Assembly (NCBI GenBank): GCA_964016885.1
Contig: OZ024740.1
Coordinates: 197,780,001 to 197,844,000, forward strand
Length of the DNA: 64,000 nucleotides
Reading direction: 5' to 3'
Source of the DNA: Eledone cirrhosa
Taxonomy: Eukaryota
Both the position numbers and the translations under genes were made by a program. Positions 52,460-64,000 of the stretch are shown piece after piece; the stretch's first letter is position 1; each line of letters opens with the position of its first letter. The notes under the pieces are model-generated. The model did no database searches, was not told the origin of the DNA, and worked only from the letters and a program-made list of their open reading frames with translations.

Positions 52460-55250
52460 AATATATATATAAATATATATATATATACGCATACATAGAA
52501 ATGTCGAAACATACATACATACATATGACAAACCATATACAATTACACAAATATGCAAGAATACACACGCAATTATAAATAAATACATACAAAAAAATAT
52601 ATACATACATAAATATATATTCATACATATCTATGAATATAATATCTGAAAAGTTGAAATAGGGTTTCCGTAAAAAAATAATGAAATGTAAGGGTGTATG
52701 TAGAAAGAGTGTAATTAATAGGTAGAAAGAAAAAGGGACAAGGGTAGTGATAGGGTATGACAAAGGATATGTGAATAAAGTGAATATGTGTGTGTTATTG
52801 GTTGTAGATAAAGGTAAGGTTAAAAAAGGGGGGAAAAGTGTTCAGGATATCTAAAAAAGGTTAAGAAGGGTGGACAGAAAGAATGTGATGGGTGTGTATG
52901 TGTTAAAAGTATGACAGGAAAAGGGGGAGGGTATAAATGAAATAAATAAGTGGGAGATAATTGTGTATAATGGTTGTGGTAAAATGTATGTGTTCATAAA
53001 ACGATCTGGGTAAAATGTATGTGTTCATAAAGCGATCTGGGTAAAATGTATGTGTTCATAAAGCGATCTGGGTAGTGAGTGGAAGAGTTAATTTGTAAAA
53101 AGAGGAAGCTCAGGGTGGTTGAGTGTTCGTAGGTATATTATATCAGCTGGAAAGGAGATGTGATTTCAGGCATGGACAACTTCTGAAGATCTCAGTTTTA
53201 GAATTGAGACAAGTAGTAGGAGTTTTCAGATTTTACAGCATTCTGTACTTTTCGGTTATACACAAAGAACATTTCTTTGTACCTTTCTGGTATTCTTTTG
53301 AGTAGTCCAAAATGGACCAATCAATCGAGTATGGAATCTTGCGTTCTTTTAACTCCCACACTTTATTAGCCAGCGCCGTAGATGTTCTTTTGTCTGGGTG
53401 TTTGAAGGAAGCGACATGTGCATAGTATCTGATTTTAAATTTATCTTGTGTCATGCCCACATATCGCTCACTCACGGCTGGTTGGTTCTTCATAATGGGT
53501 GTCAGTTTGGCCTCATATACGATTGATTTCGTATTGCATTTGCCCTGTAAGGGACATTCTTTATGTTTCCTGCAACTACACCCTGGGTTTCCTTTAGTGA
53601 TATTCGAGTTGGTAATTTTAGATTTCATGGATGGGCAGCAAGGGTAGCTAATTTTAACTAAATGTTGTTGGGGGAAATGTTTGTCTAGAAGTTCGAGGAA
53701 TTTTCTTCCTACATTAGTTTTAACTGTTAAACAGAAAGGTGGAGTAAACCATATAATCTTTCTTTTCCTGTTATTGTGTTTAGTGGTAGAAGGAGGAGTG
53801 GGCATATATTTGATTTGTTCGTTGAAACCGCTATTATTAAGGGCCTTATTATAATAAGGGGCTGCTTTATTGAAAATATCTATAGAAGAAGATATGGTAG
53901 AGATCCTACGACTAATATTAGGAATAAGATTTTTAAATACTATAGGAGGATGGCAAGACTCTTTGTGTATATATCTCAACTTTTCTTTAGGTTTATGATA
54001 GGGTTTGAAAGAAGCAGTAAGTAGGTCAAGAATGATGTCGAGGAAGTTGGTATTAGTTAGGTTCGTATCTATAGTAATTTTGATGTTTAGGTTAGAGAAA
54101 GTATTAATTAAATCTTTACGGAATTTATTCAGGTTATGGCCGTTGGTGGTATGAGAAACAGCCAATCCATCGTCTCGGTATAAGCCGATATTATGGTTGG
54201 GAAATTTCTCTTTAAGAGTGTGGAGGAGGAATAATCCAACTAAATCGCACACGTCGGCGCTATCGAATGAGCCCATCGGAACATCAAAAGGGTCTTCTGG
54301 GTTTGATTTTTAACCCAAGTTTCTTCTTTAACGAAAAGTAGTGTTTTCCTAGCGTGTAAGATAACATCCTCCTGTAAATTAGATATATTAATGAAATGTC
54401 TAGCAAAATCTAAGGCTTTAATTAATAAGGATTTAGTGATACAGGGGTAGAAATCTACAATATCAAATTGGGTAAATCTACACCTATTTTTCTCTTGTAT
54501 ATTATTAAACCATGATATAACAGAGGAAGTGTTTAACCATTGGAATAATTCGGTTTTAGTTCTTATTTGAAATATTATATTTCTTAGGATTTTTTTTACT
54601 AGCACAACCGATTTCAGATTTAGCAGGGTTGATTAGTCTACAACTTGGTCGATTAATAAAGTCTGATTTATGGTTTTTACGTTTGGCTCGGCTTTCAGTT
54701 CTTTTAATGTACTAGCTAAAGCTTTAGCTTCATTATTTATGATATTATAAGTATTAATATTAACTTTTTGATATTTAGCAGTGATACTATCCGTTAAAAG
54801 TTGGTTATATAAAATGTTATTAACTTCGTAAAGGTTTTTAGTCTTATCAGAGAAAACAAATGTATTATTAGAGCGTTTGATATTAGAAATGTCATTAGAA
54901 AGTTTAGATTGAAAATTGTTATTGTACTTACGGAATTTTAAATCGTTAATCATGTTAACTAAGTCAATTTCGAAGGGGGCCATATCCTTAACTCTAGGTG
55001 GATATTTGGATGATTTAATATCAAAGTAATCCGTAGAATTAGACTGAACTGTCCCTCGATTATCATCGCCTTCCATCTCATTCTTTGTATAACTTTGTCG
55101 ACTTTATCGATTAAAATTTTGGTATAAGTTGTATTGAAAGGTGTAGGAATGTTTTTGATTGAGTAATCCCTATCGTATACATCCATAGTGTATGTTGGTT
55201 AATTTCCTATAATTGTAGAGTGCTCAGCTTATCGGGCTGGAAGATGCCAA
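52460..55250 (-). mobile_element. Near full-length frameshifted Penelope-like element (RT plus GIY-YIG)
   Basis: ATG near 55186. SDKTKN, FDIVDFYP, MGS..SADVCDLVG, LYRDDGL, NFLDI, CPLQGKC..SIVY...YVGMT...FKIRY..H, CSLCITEK. 3x31-bp tandem in the 3' UTR (52979-53073). Confidence 0.92.
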
Positions 55251-55368
55251 TCACATATGAGATGTAGAATATGCTTCCATCATTCCCGGTGGGAGCTGTT
55301 TATATTATGTGCATGTGTATATGTATGTATGCATGTGTGCGCGAATGTCTGTATATATGTCCTTGTAC

Positions 55369-55466
<98 letters not shown>

Positions 55467-55583
55467 TTGTGAGTGTATACTTAGTCTTATATATGTGTGT
55501 TTTTGCATGAGCATGTATATATGTGTGTGTTTGCGTGAGCCTGTATATATGTGTGTGTATATGTGTATATGTATATATATAAA

Positions 55584-56272
55584 CTTGAAACTAGTACATC
55601 GTTCCTGTGTCAGTGTTGAACAAAAAGGTGACGATGGTTGCCTGAACACTGTACGACGTAATTCGGGCTGTTTGTTTACAAAAAACCGAGCATTATAATA
55701 AATGTTCGGTAAACCCATGCGTACATATATATATGTGTGCATGTACGTATATATATATACATACTACTGTACGTCTGTATACATATATTTATGTACGTAT
55801 ACATATTTACATTTAAATACCAGCCGTACTAAGAGTGAGAAATGAAATTTCGTTTCATTCTTTTCCATTTATCGTTTTCGGTGCGCCCGGCCGACTAACT
55901 CACGCGATATGCAAATTAGGCTGCTCAGCCGTTAATATGCATAAGGAAAGTATATACCTTGAGACGTTCAACCATCTGACAGAGAGGTATACGATGCTGA
56001 CGACAACTAATAAGCTTGAAACTAGTACATCGTTCCTGTGTCAGTGTTGAACAAAAAGGTGACGATGGTTGCCTGAACACTGTACGTCGTAATTCGGGCT
56101 GTTTGTTTACAAACAAACCGAGCATTATAATAAATGTTCGGTAAACCCATACGTACATATATATATGTGTGCATGTATGTATATATATACATACTACTGT
56201 ACGTCTGTATACATAAGTACCAGCCGTACTAAGAGTGAGAAATGAAATTTCGTTTCATTCTTTTCCATTTAT
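55584..56272 (+). mobile_element. Family H, ~1.6 tandem copies of a 431-bp HHR unit
   Basis: CTTGAAACTAGTACATCGTTCC occurs at 55584 and 56015. Flanked by TA-rich repeats. Confidence 0.85.
55991..56033 (+). ncRNA. Minimal type I hammerhead ribozyme (family H)
   Basis: ACGATG-CTGACGA-caaCT aata AGctt-GAAACTAGTA|CATCGT. Perfect 6-bp stem I. Palindromic stem III ACTAGT. Confidence 0.75.
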
Positions 56273-56567
56273 ATATATATATATATACAATTTTTTTATT
56301 TTTTTCTTCTTTATTTTTCTTCTTTATCCACTGTGTTTATAGATACGTCGCGTGAGCGTGCAAACGTACATTTATTTTTATTTTAATTTTTAATTTTTTT
56401 CTTATTTTTAATAATTTTCTTTCTTGCCTGCTGAACTATATCGACGTAAATGTACCTCTGTGTATGTACTATTGTATATGTATTTATATGTGCGTGTGTA
56501 TATGTATTCATATACATGTGTGTGCGCGCGTGTATATGTATGTGTATATGTATATGTATATATATAT

Positions 56568-58190
56568 ATCTCCAAAGCTCCTTCATACACTGCTTTATCT
56601 TTTTGTGTTGAAGAAATATTCTTTATACTAAAAAGTAAGAACTCTATTAATTTACGTAATAATTTATTCAGTTCCTGCAAACATCGTTTAAACTCAACTT
56701 TTAAATATATATATAAAATGTAATATATGATTTATCTCTTTTACATAATGTCTTCTATATCTATATATGATTCATATCTCTACTTCACATATATATACTA
56801 TATTATTACACCTATCGATAGATTATAACATTTTTCTTTTTTATATGACTGCTTGAAACTCCTTTAAGAAAAATTTTTTTCTTGAAAAACTTACGAAAGG
56901 TTTTATGAAAAATCTTTTGAAAATTCCTTTGAAAGACCATTATTTTCATACCTTACAATATTTTTATATGTTTTAAATATTTTTTTTTATATTTTTATAT
57001 TTCTATATTTTTATATCTCCAAACGTTTTTAATATATATATCCAAATGTTTATATATATGTGGAAAAACATGTTTTTTTTATATATATATGTGGAATAAC
57101 CTATGGTTTATGCTTTAAATATATTCTTAAGATAACATTTTTTAATGTTTTAATTTTAATTTTAATGTTAATGTTTGAACTTTATAGCAAGTAAATTTAT
57201 GACTTCGTATAACATAACATATGGTTCATGTTTTAATTATATTCTTAAGATAAAACATTTAAAACTTTTTAACTTTATAACATTTAATCCTTAGAGTCAT
57301 CTGAGTTCTTAAAAAATCACTTCTAACTTCCTTTACACTTCCTTACTGTTTTTATAATATAACTAAGTGGTTATTCTTTTGTAAACTCTCGTAAATTTTT
57401 CATAAATTTAGAATTATTTGGATGCTTAAATTTTGATTTACAACTTTTAATAAAATAAACTATATAAGTTTTGCTCTAATGTAAAATAATATATATTTAT
57501 TTAAATAATTTATAATCCCTAACATTTAAACTAATTATTAATATTAAATTATTAAATTAAATCTTTAATATTAAGGTAAATTTTAATCTTTAATTTTGAT
57601 TTCTAATTTTTTATTTTAATTTAATTTTAATCTAATTTTAATCTAATTTGTCAACCTATCATTATAAGTATTATAATCAAAACGTAATGAATCCTGCATT
57701 ATAAATATTATTCTTCCACGTTATTCTCATTTCTTCTCTCTTTTAGATATACTTACGCTGTTTATCTATTCATGCACTCTATTTTCACTATCAATATATA
57801 TAATCGTTCTTTCTTTCCTCTTCTATCTTTCTCCTTCCTTTGCCTTTCCTTTTTCTTTTTACTTTTTTCTATTTTTTTCTCTCTCCCCCACATATCACCT
57901 TCTTCCAACAGTGTAATTTAAATAAACCGTTATCTTTTCAACCTTTCGGACACTCATTTGCATACTCACTCATAATTTTGTATTACCCTCAATAAATGTA
58001 ATATCTCCACTATCCAGGGAGCTCCAATCGTTAAGGGTGTTTTTTTCCGGGTATGTCAATATTTATTTATAAAACAAATCTGTATTTTATCAGATGAAAG
58101 CGCACCATAATTTGCCTTGGTTGCCCTTGAAATATGTATAATAAAATAAATATGGTTTTATAAATATAGTTTCCATTTATTAATATATTG
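56568..58190 (+). mobile_element. PLE 3' end: C-terminal codons, ~1.4-kb AT-rich UTR, family B HHR (58083-58148, core CAGATGA)
   Basis: ISKAPSY...CVEEIFFILKSKNSINLRNNLFSSCKHRL* to 56723. 58005-58185 is similar to the reverse complement of 4924-5105. Confidence 0.7.
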
Positions 58191-58263
58191 TATATGCATA
58201 TATATATATATATGTATGCATGTGTACATGTATGTATATATGTATGTGTGCGTGTATGTATGA

Positions 58264-58310
<47 letters not shown>

Positions 58311-58313
<3 letters not shown>

Positions 58314-59118
58314 AAAAGCGAAGTAGTTTCAGATGTTCAAATCCTTTAATAATAATTGTTTCTACTTTAGGCACAAGGCCAGCAATTACTCAGTGCATTA
58401 CTGGTACTTTATTTTATCGACCCCGTAAGGATGAAAGGCAAAGTCAACCTTGGCGGGATTTGAACTCAGATCGTAAAGAGACGTAACTATGCTGGAAAGC
58501 ATGGCGTCCGACCCTCTACCGATACTGCCATTAATAATAATGCTGTGATATATATAAGGTGATGGTCAGTCGTGCCGTCAACGCTTAGTGAGGGGTAGCA
58601 TTATGACCTGTAAAAACTAACACTCTCCCATCCCCTCTGGCTCTCGGCTGACTGCCACAGCCGTGATGGGTAGCAGTACAATATGGTACAGGCATTGGTG
58701 GGGCGTTGTTTTGGATGACGGGGTGGACTGACTAAGCAAACTTCGTTGAAGTCTGCGGTGGCGAATGATCAACTTCCTTCGGACATGCGCTTGCGCAGGC
58801 CGGTGGGGGTGAATTGGTACTCACAAGGGAGCGGATGAAAACCCCCAAAACACGCAATTCATCCGTTCCCTTGTCGATCCAATTTGGATTACCTCGGAAA
58901 CATAACCTTATTATGTAACAAGCTGTCTGGTGATGACACGACACTCGCACACAGAACAGTGTGGCCAGTGTCGTCACTGAAATATATATCACAGCATTAT
59001 TATTAAAGGATTTGAACATCTGAAACTACTTCGCTTTTCTTTATTCGATATTTACTCCGTCACTGCTATGTGGAAAAGTATTGAGTGCTTGAATTGAATT
59101 GCATCAATATTTACCCTA

Positions 59119-59120
<2 letters not shown>
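58311..59120 (+). mobile_element. Family C copy with inverted 5' piece (58311-58556, interrupted by a SINE) and HHR-like motif 58922-58995
   Basis: Similar to 3468-3995 and to the reverse complement of 2815-3070. GCTGT-CTGGTGA...GAAATATATATC|ACAGC. Confidence 0.75.
58356..58530 (-). mobile_element. tRNA-derived SINE (young family)
   Basis: Near-identical to 62903-63078. B box GAGTTCAAATCCC on the minus strand. Duplicated TTAATAATAAT flanks. Confidence 0.85.
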
Positions 59121-59151
<31 letters not shown>

Positions 59152-59949
59152 CAGAGAGAAAGAGAGATAGATATGTGTATGTGTATGTGTACGTATGTAT
59201 ACGCATGTGTAAGTGTACGTGTGTATGTGTGTATGTATATATATGTGTTTGTATATATATGTATGTGTACATGTACGTATGTGTAAGTGTGTGAGTATAA
59301 GTATATATATGTATGTGTATATGTTTATACATATACATATATACATATACATATACATATACATTTATTACATTTATTATTTCCCCCTTTACATTACGTC
59401 CGTCATTTTAGTTTATTCCAGCCTCGCTTTCAATTGTTCTAGACTTTGTTTTGAAATCCAAACCTCACATCCGTTTTAAATAAATGTGCGTTCTAACGAA
59501 CGATTTCAGATGTCTGTGTCAAGCTCGTCTGTCTTCGTGAAAACTTTGGTAAATGAAATAATTGTCTTATGTTGTGTATTACATAACTAAAGAGCTCTGT
59601 AGCCTACATAGAGCACTCTCCTTTCCTTTACCTTTCATACGGAAACACTTAATATATATGTATATATATATACACACAGAATACCTATCATCATCATCAT
59701 TCCATGTCAGCTTTCTTTGTTAGCAAGGGTTGGATAGGTTGTTACGCACCGAGTCAATGTTAAAGCCGAGCTACTGACCCCTCAGATGAGCCCACAGTTT
59801 GCTTACATAGCTGCCTGTTTTATACCAAGCGCATTCTATCATGGCACCGGCATAAGGAAGTTGTCATGTCTTTCACAATGTTGAAGTATCCTTCTGATCC
59901 GTAGTTTGGGAGGTTTTCTACGGTTCGATGTCCTTTCTTTCAAAAAAAC

Positions 59950-60560
59950 ACTTTACAGGGTGTACTGGGTGCGTTTATCGCACTATAGAGTTCGTCCCTG
60001 TGGTAATACTGTAATGATAACAGCAACCATTGAAGTGTTAGAACAGGTGTTTCTGATGATCCTAGAGTGGGGCTGGAGGTGTACAGTAATAGTGAAAATA
60101 GCAACTAAGGGGGGACAGTGAAAAGCAAAATTTAGTTTTTGCTAAGTTTACTTTTCAGCTTCTCGATTCTAGATTTTTCTTCCATTGCTTCTAACTCTTC
60201 CGCAGATTCAGCTATAAAGACTAGATTATTAGCGTATAGGAGTCCCCATAGAAAGCAAGTGTTGAAGGACAATAAGAAACTGAAGTGGGCTGAGGACTGA
60301 ACGGTCAACTACTATGGCTGGTCCTTCAGGTTTATATAAGGTAGGCACTTTCCCTACCATTTATTCTCTTCGTTCATCAGTGTCTTGTAATAGGGCTTCC
60401 ACGCCACTTTCTTTTCAGCGTCGCCTAGAGCGAGTACTCCACTATCATTGCCGACACATTTTTCTCCAACAACATCTTCACTTTCCTTGGTACATTGTCT
60501 TGCAATCCGGAATACTTCACCTCTCTTAACCATTTCTTTTTTGCTTCACCTCTTGCTAAA
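59950..60560 (-). pseudogene. Old RTE/RTE-X-like RT fragment
   Basis: Minus strand reads SVLSPL.F.IV...LLYANNLVFIAESAEELE. Confidence 0.5.
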
Positions 60561-61889
60561 TACACCTGTCGCCTACCCCATTCCACCACCTTATTATTTT
60601 CCCTTGCTGGGGTCTTGGACTAGCCACAAACCTGGACTGCAATCTCTAGAAAATTGTCACACAGAATTCCACAATTTTCTCTGTTGTATGACCCTATCTC
60701 CCCTTTCTTACTGTCGTGAGCGTCAAGTAGGATTTTCCTGAATTAGTTTCCAGCTGAAAATTATTGGTTATAAGCTGAGACTAGCTATTGTTACATATAC
60801 TATATAATAATAACAACTTAAATGTGTAACAAAGGAAAGTAATTATATAATGCACGGCATTAATTCCAACACATCTATCATTTCTGTCACTCTAGTAGTT
60901 TTCATTACTGAAGATGATTAGTGAAAATATAGTCACAATAACAACAACAACGACAACTATAACATTAACATTATCAAGAAGAAGAAAATAGAAGAAGAAG
61001 AAGAAGAAGAAGAAGAAGAAGAAGAAGAAGAAGAAGAAGAGAGGAGGACATGAAACGAAAATGATTCAACTATCTGCTTATCATTAAAATATCTATGGAA
61101 ATGACATACGCAATTTTCATTCTTTCCTCTAGAATAAGTCTCTTGAAACATCTCCTCGAAACAGCAATACAACAAGATGTGCAATAAGTATGCGCCATAG
61201 GAAGTCTAAACCGACAAAGAAAAGTAAAAAAAGGAAAGAGAAATAATTTAAAAGGGTTGTTATTTGTTTCCAGTAATTGAAACATACAATAATTAGAATG
61301 ACAATCTCTAAGAAGCTGTTCTCAAGTATACGTTTCATTTTCCACTTTAAAACATCTTGTATAATTGAAGAACATCTCGTTCGTCCGACATTAAAAATGA
61401 AGTAAAATTGCCTGCAGGAATAAATGCCTGTAACAGTTTGTCAAATGGTTTTGTGTTGCTGGCCTTTTCTATTGTCTAGCGTCGTTCAACGGCGAGAATG
61501 AAAATGGAGCCTCGAGCAAAGTGAATTAAAGACACTCGGATATACCGAAGAGGTATTTGAAGTAAAAATAACTCGAGTGATCATATTCAACGTAACATAA
61601 GATAAATTATACGATATAGGTTACGTTAGAATACACTGGTGGGTTGCAGTAAATCACAGGAAAATCTACATAAACTAACACACACGTCTTCATATATATA
61701 TAATAATATAATAATATAATAATATAATAATACAAGAACGATTTGTTAAGCCTTCATTACGTTTATTGATTGGTGACGCGCGTTTCGTCTAGATATCTTT
61801 TTCTTCTCTGGTAAAACGAAGAATATATGAGAAATAGATAAACGTAGTTATAATCAACGTAGTTATAATCAACTTATCTTGAACAATAG

Positions 61890-63570
61890 TTATAACTACC
61901 AGAATCATAGACCTGACACCTATAACAAAATGAATGATGAGGCCAATGAAATCGCTTGAAACTTTAAGGCCGACACTAAAGTCGAATACTTAGCTAAATG
62001 CTACGCCTTCATCACACAGAAAATCCCTAAACATGACTTTAGTAACGGAACCAGCTGTAAATTGATAAACTCAGCTAGAATAGAATTAGTATTAACTAGT
62101 AAAATAATCTCAAGAGAAATTATCAGCACTAACCTGTAACAGGTGAACAACAAAACATCTGTCATATACTGGTTCAGAGGTATTCCTTCGAAAAATAGAA
62201 CTAGGTTCACCTAGTTCGATATAATAGGTTTTACCCGCACAGTTCTAGCTCTGTTTTAAACAAAACCTTATAGTTTTCCCGTAGCTTTGATTATATTATC
62301 CACCAGAAATTAGAACTAATCATGCATTACCCAAGGATCCTGATGTTTAACAACGGGAGTATATGATTCAGATCCAGAGTACTCCTTTTACGTCTCAATG
62401 GGGTCGTGTGACAACACCGATGTGTGCGAGCTGGTTGGATTATACATTCTCAATACACGGCAGTGTAAATTACCCAATGACGCTATTGGTCTATACCGAG
62501 AAGATGGCCTTTGTTTATCACACAATTGAAATGTCCATTTTCTAAACAGGTTTAATATAAGCCGTTCGCATGCTAAGACTTAAAAGCACCGAGGATACGA
62601 ACCTCTCTAACGCCAATTTCCTTGGCGTTAACTTAGACTTGGCCTCAGGTACCATATACCTAAAGAATACCATAAATTTATTAGTAGAGGATCCTGCCAT
62701 CCCTGTAGTTTAATAAAGAAAAATTAGTCTCTAATATTGGTAGAAAGATTTCTATTCTTTCATCCACCAAGGAGTTATTTGATAAGGCACAGTACTACCA
62801 TAAGGACCTTCTAGATAACGGCCCTAAAGACAAGATTAATTACATATCTAACCAACCCCAACTCATCAAACCTAAAAATATAAGTAGAAGTAGAAAAATA
62901 ATTGTTTCTACTTTAGGCACAAGGCCAGCAATTACCCAGTGCATTACTGGTACTTTATTTTATCGACCCCGTAAGGATGAAAGGCAAAGTCAACCTTGGC
63001 GGGATTTGAACTCAGATCGTAAAGGGACGTAACTATGCTGGAAAGCATGGCGTCCGACTCTCTACCGATACTGCCAATCCACCGCCCTGTGGATTGCCAG
63101 TATCGGTAGAAGTAGAAAAATATCGGTAGAAGTAGAAAAATAATCTCGTTCATCCCTACTACTTTAACGTAAAGTAGGTAAGAAGTTTTTAGATCTGTCA
63201 GAGATACAGTAAAATATTCAGGAGGCGTGCTGTGGAGATAATCTATTCCTACTGAGCTTCCATGAGATCGAAAATAACTGCTAAAACAAAACCGATAAAG
63301 ATCCAAAATGCTCTTACAGGATAAACGAAGACTTCTCTGCTGCAAAGCTGTAATATCAAGTATTTGAGGTACAAATTACACCTATCACCACAAAACATGC
63401 AGGGAGCAGTGAAAGATATTTTTAATGGTACAAGATCTATTTAAGCAATGATTCTACTCACATATGTCTTAATTTAGGCACCCTGAAATGAAGACCGTCA
63501 TAGGCCTGGCAAAACGAGTCTGGCAGTTAAAAGATAAAGGAGTACCTCATAAAATAAAAATGGAGAAATG
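61890..63570 (+). pseudogene. Heavily degraded Penelope-like element
   Basis: Remnants of LINSAR.E, WF..I..KNR.RF..FDI, MGS...DVCELVGLYIL, GLYREDGL, NFLGV.LDL, LAKRVWQLKDK, colinear with the 53-55 kb PLE. An inverted HHR 3' half (GAAACGCGCGTC) lies at 61775-61786 (-). Confidence 0.8.
62903..63087 (-). mobile_element. Full-length tRNA-derived SINE inserted in the PLE
   Basis: A-box-like TGGCAGTATCGG and B box GAGTTCAAATCC. TSD GTAGAAGTAGAAAAATAAT. Confidence 0.85.
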
Positions 63571-63574
63571 TCCA

Positions 63575-64000
63575 GACCATCATTTGTGTTTGGATAAATG
63601 GTACTAAATCGAAACCATTTAATGTGGAAGTCGGACTCCGCCAGGGGTGCATACTGTCACTCTCCTGTTCATTATTTACATGAACCGCCGAGGTTGACTT
63701 TGCCTTTCATCCTTACGGGGTCGATAAAATAAAGTACCAGTAATTCACTGGGTAATTGCTGGCATTGTGCCTAAAGCAGAAACAATTATTTACATGAACA
63801 GGATTGGATTGTGCAACCGAATTGTAAGTGATATCATGACTGGCGGTTGCAAAAAAAGTCGGCTGGAATTTGCAGACGACATAGTTTACTTAGCTCGACA
63901 GAAAGTGATCTCCTACTTGCACACGATAGGTTTGATGCCGAGTGCTGCATGGTTGCAATGAAAATCAGTGCTGCGAAAATTGAGATACTCGTCCTCTCAA
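63575..64000 (+). pseudogene. RTE-like RT fragment interrupted by a 5'-truncated SINE (63686-63784, +)
   Basis: FNVEVGLRQGCILS...LEFADDIV. 15-bp TSD ATTATTTACATGAAC at 63671 and 63785. Confidence 0.75.

Noticed and set aside
60905-60940. CTGAAGA-TGATTAGT-GAAA
   Set aside because: No stem I or II pairing. Likely a chance match.
62990-63087. tRNA gene
   Set aside because: The A and B boxes belong to a SINE head. No cloverleaf.

Overview
AT-rich, microsatellite-dense animal DNA. The SINE sequences and repeat types suggest a cephalopod (Octopus-like); this is inference. I found no host protein-coding gene. Nearly all long ORFs are degraded retroelements: Tx1/L1-like, RTE, R4/Dong-like, CRE-like and Penelope-like (PLE). 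There are also hAT transposase relics, a non-autonomous Helitron, a MITE and SINEs. The main hidden signal is a dense set of type I hammerhead ribozyme (HHR) motifs: about 20 complete and several half motifs, from roughly 11-12 distinct short element families. These elements end at (TA)n microsatellites and often carry inverted 5' fold-backs, including a spacer-less ~600-bp palindrome with an HHR in each arm. Two families form 316- and 431-bp tandem units resembling retrozymes. Core variants recur: the U3-A8 covariant UUGANAA, a mismatched 10.1/11.1 pair, GUAA and CAGA. Other oddities are an in-frame Tx1/RTE chimera and Dong-like LINEs inserted into the (ATGT)n tails of RTE elements. Folds and alignments were done by eye, so boundaries are approximate and ribozyme activity is untested.
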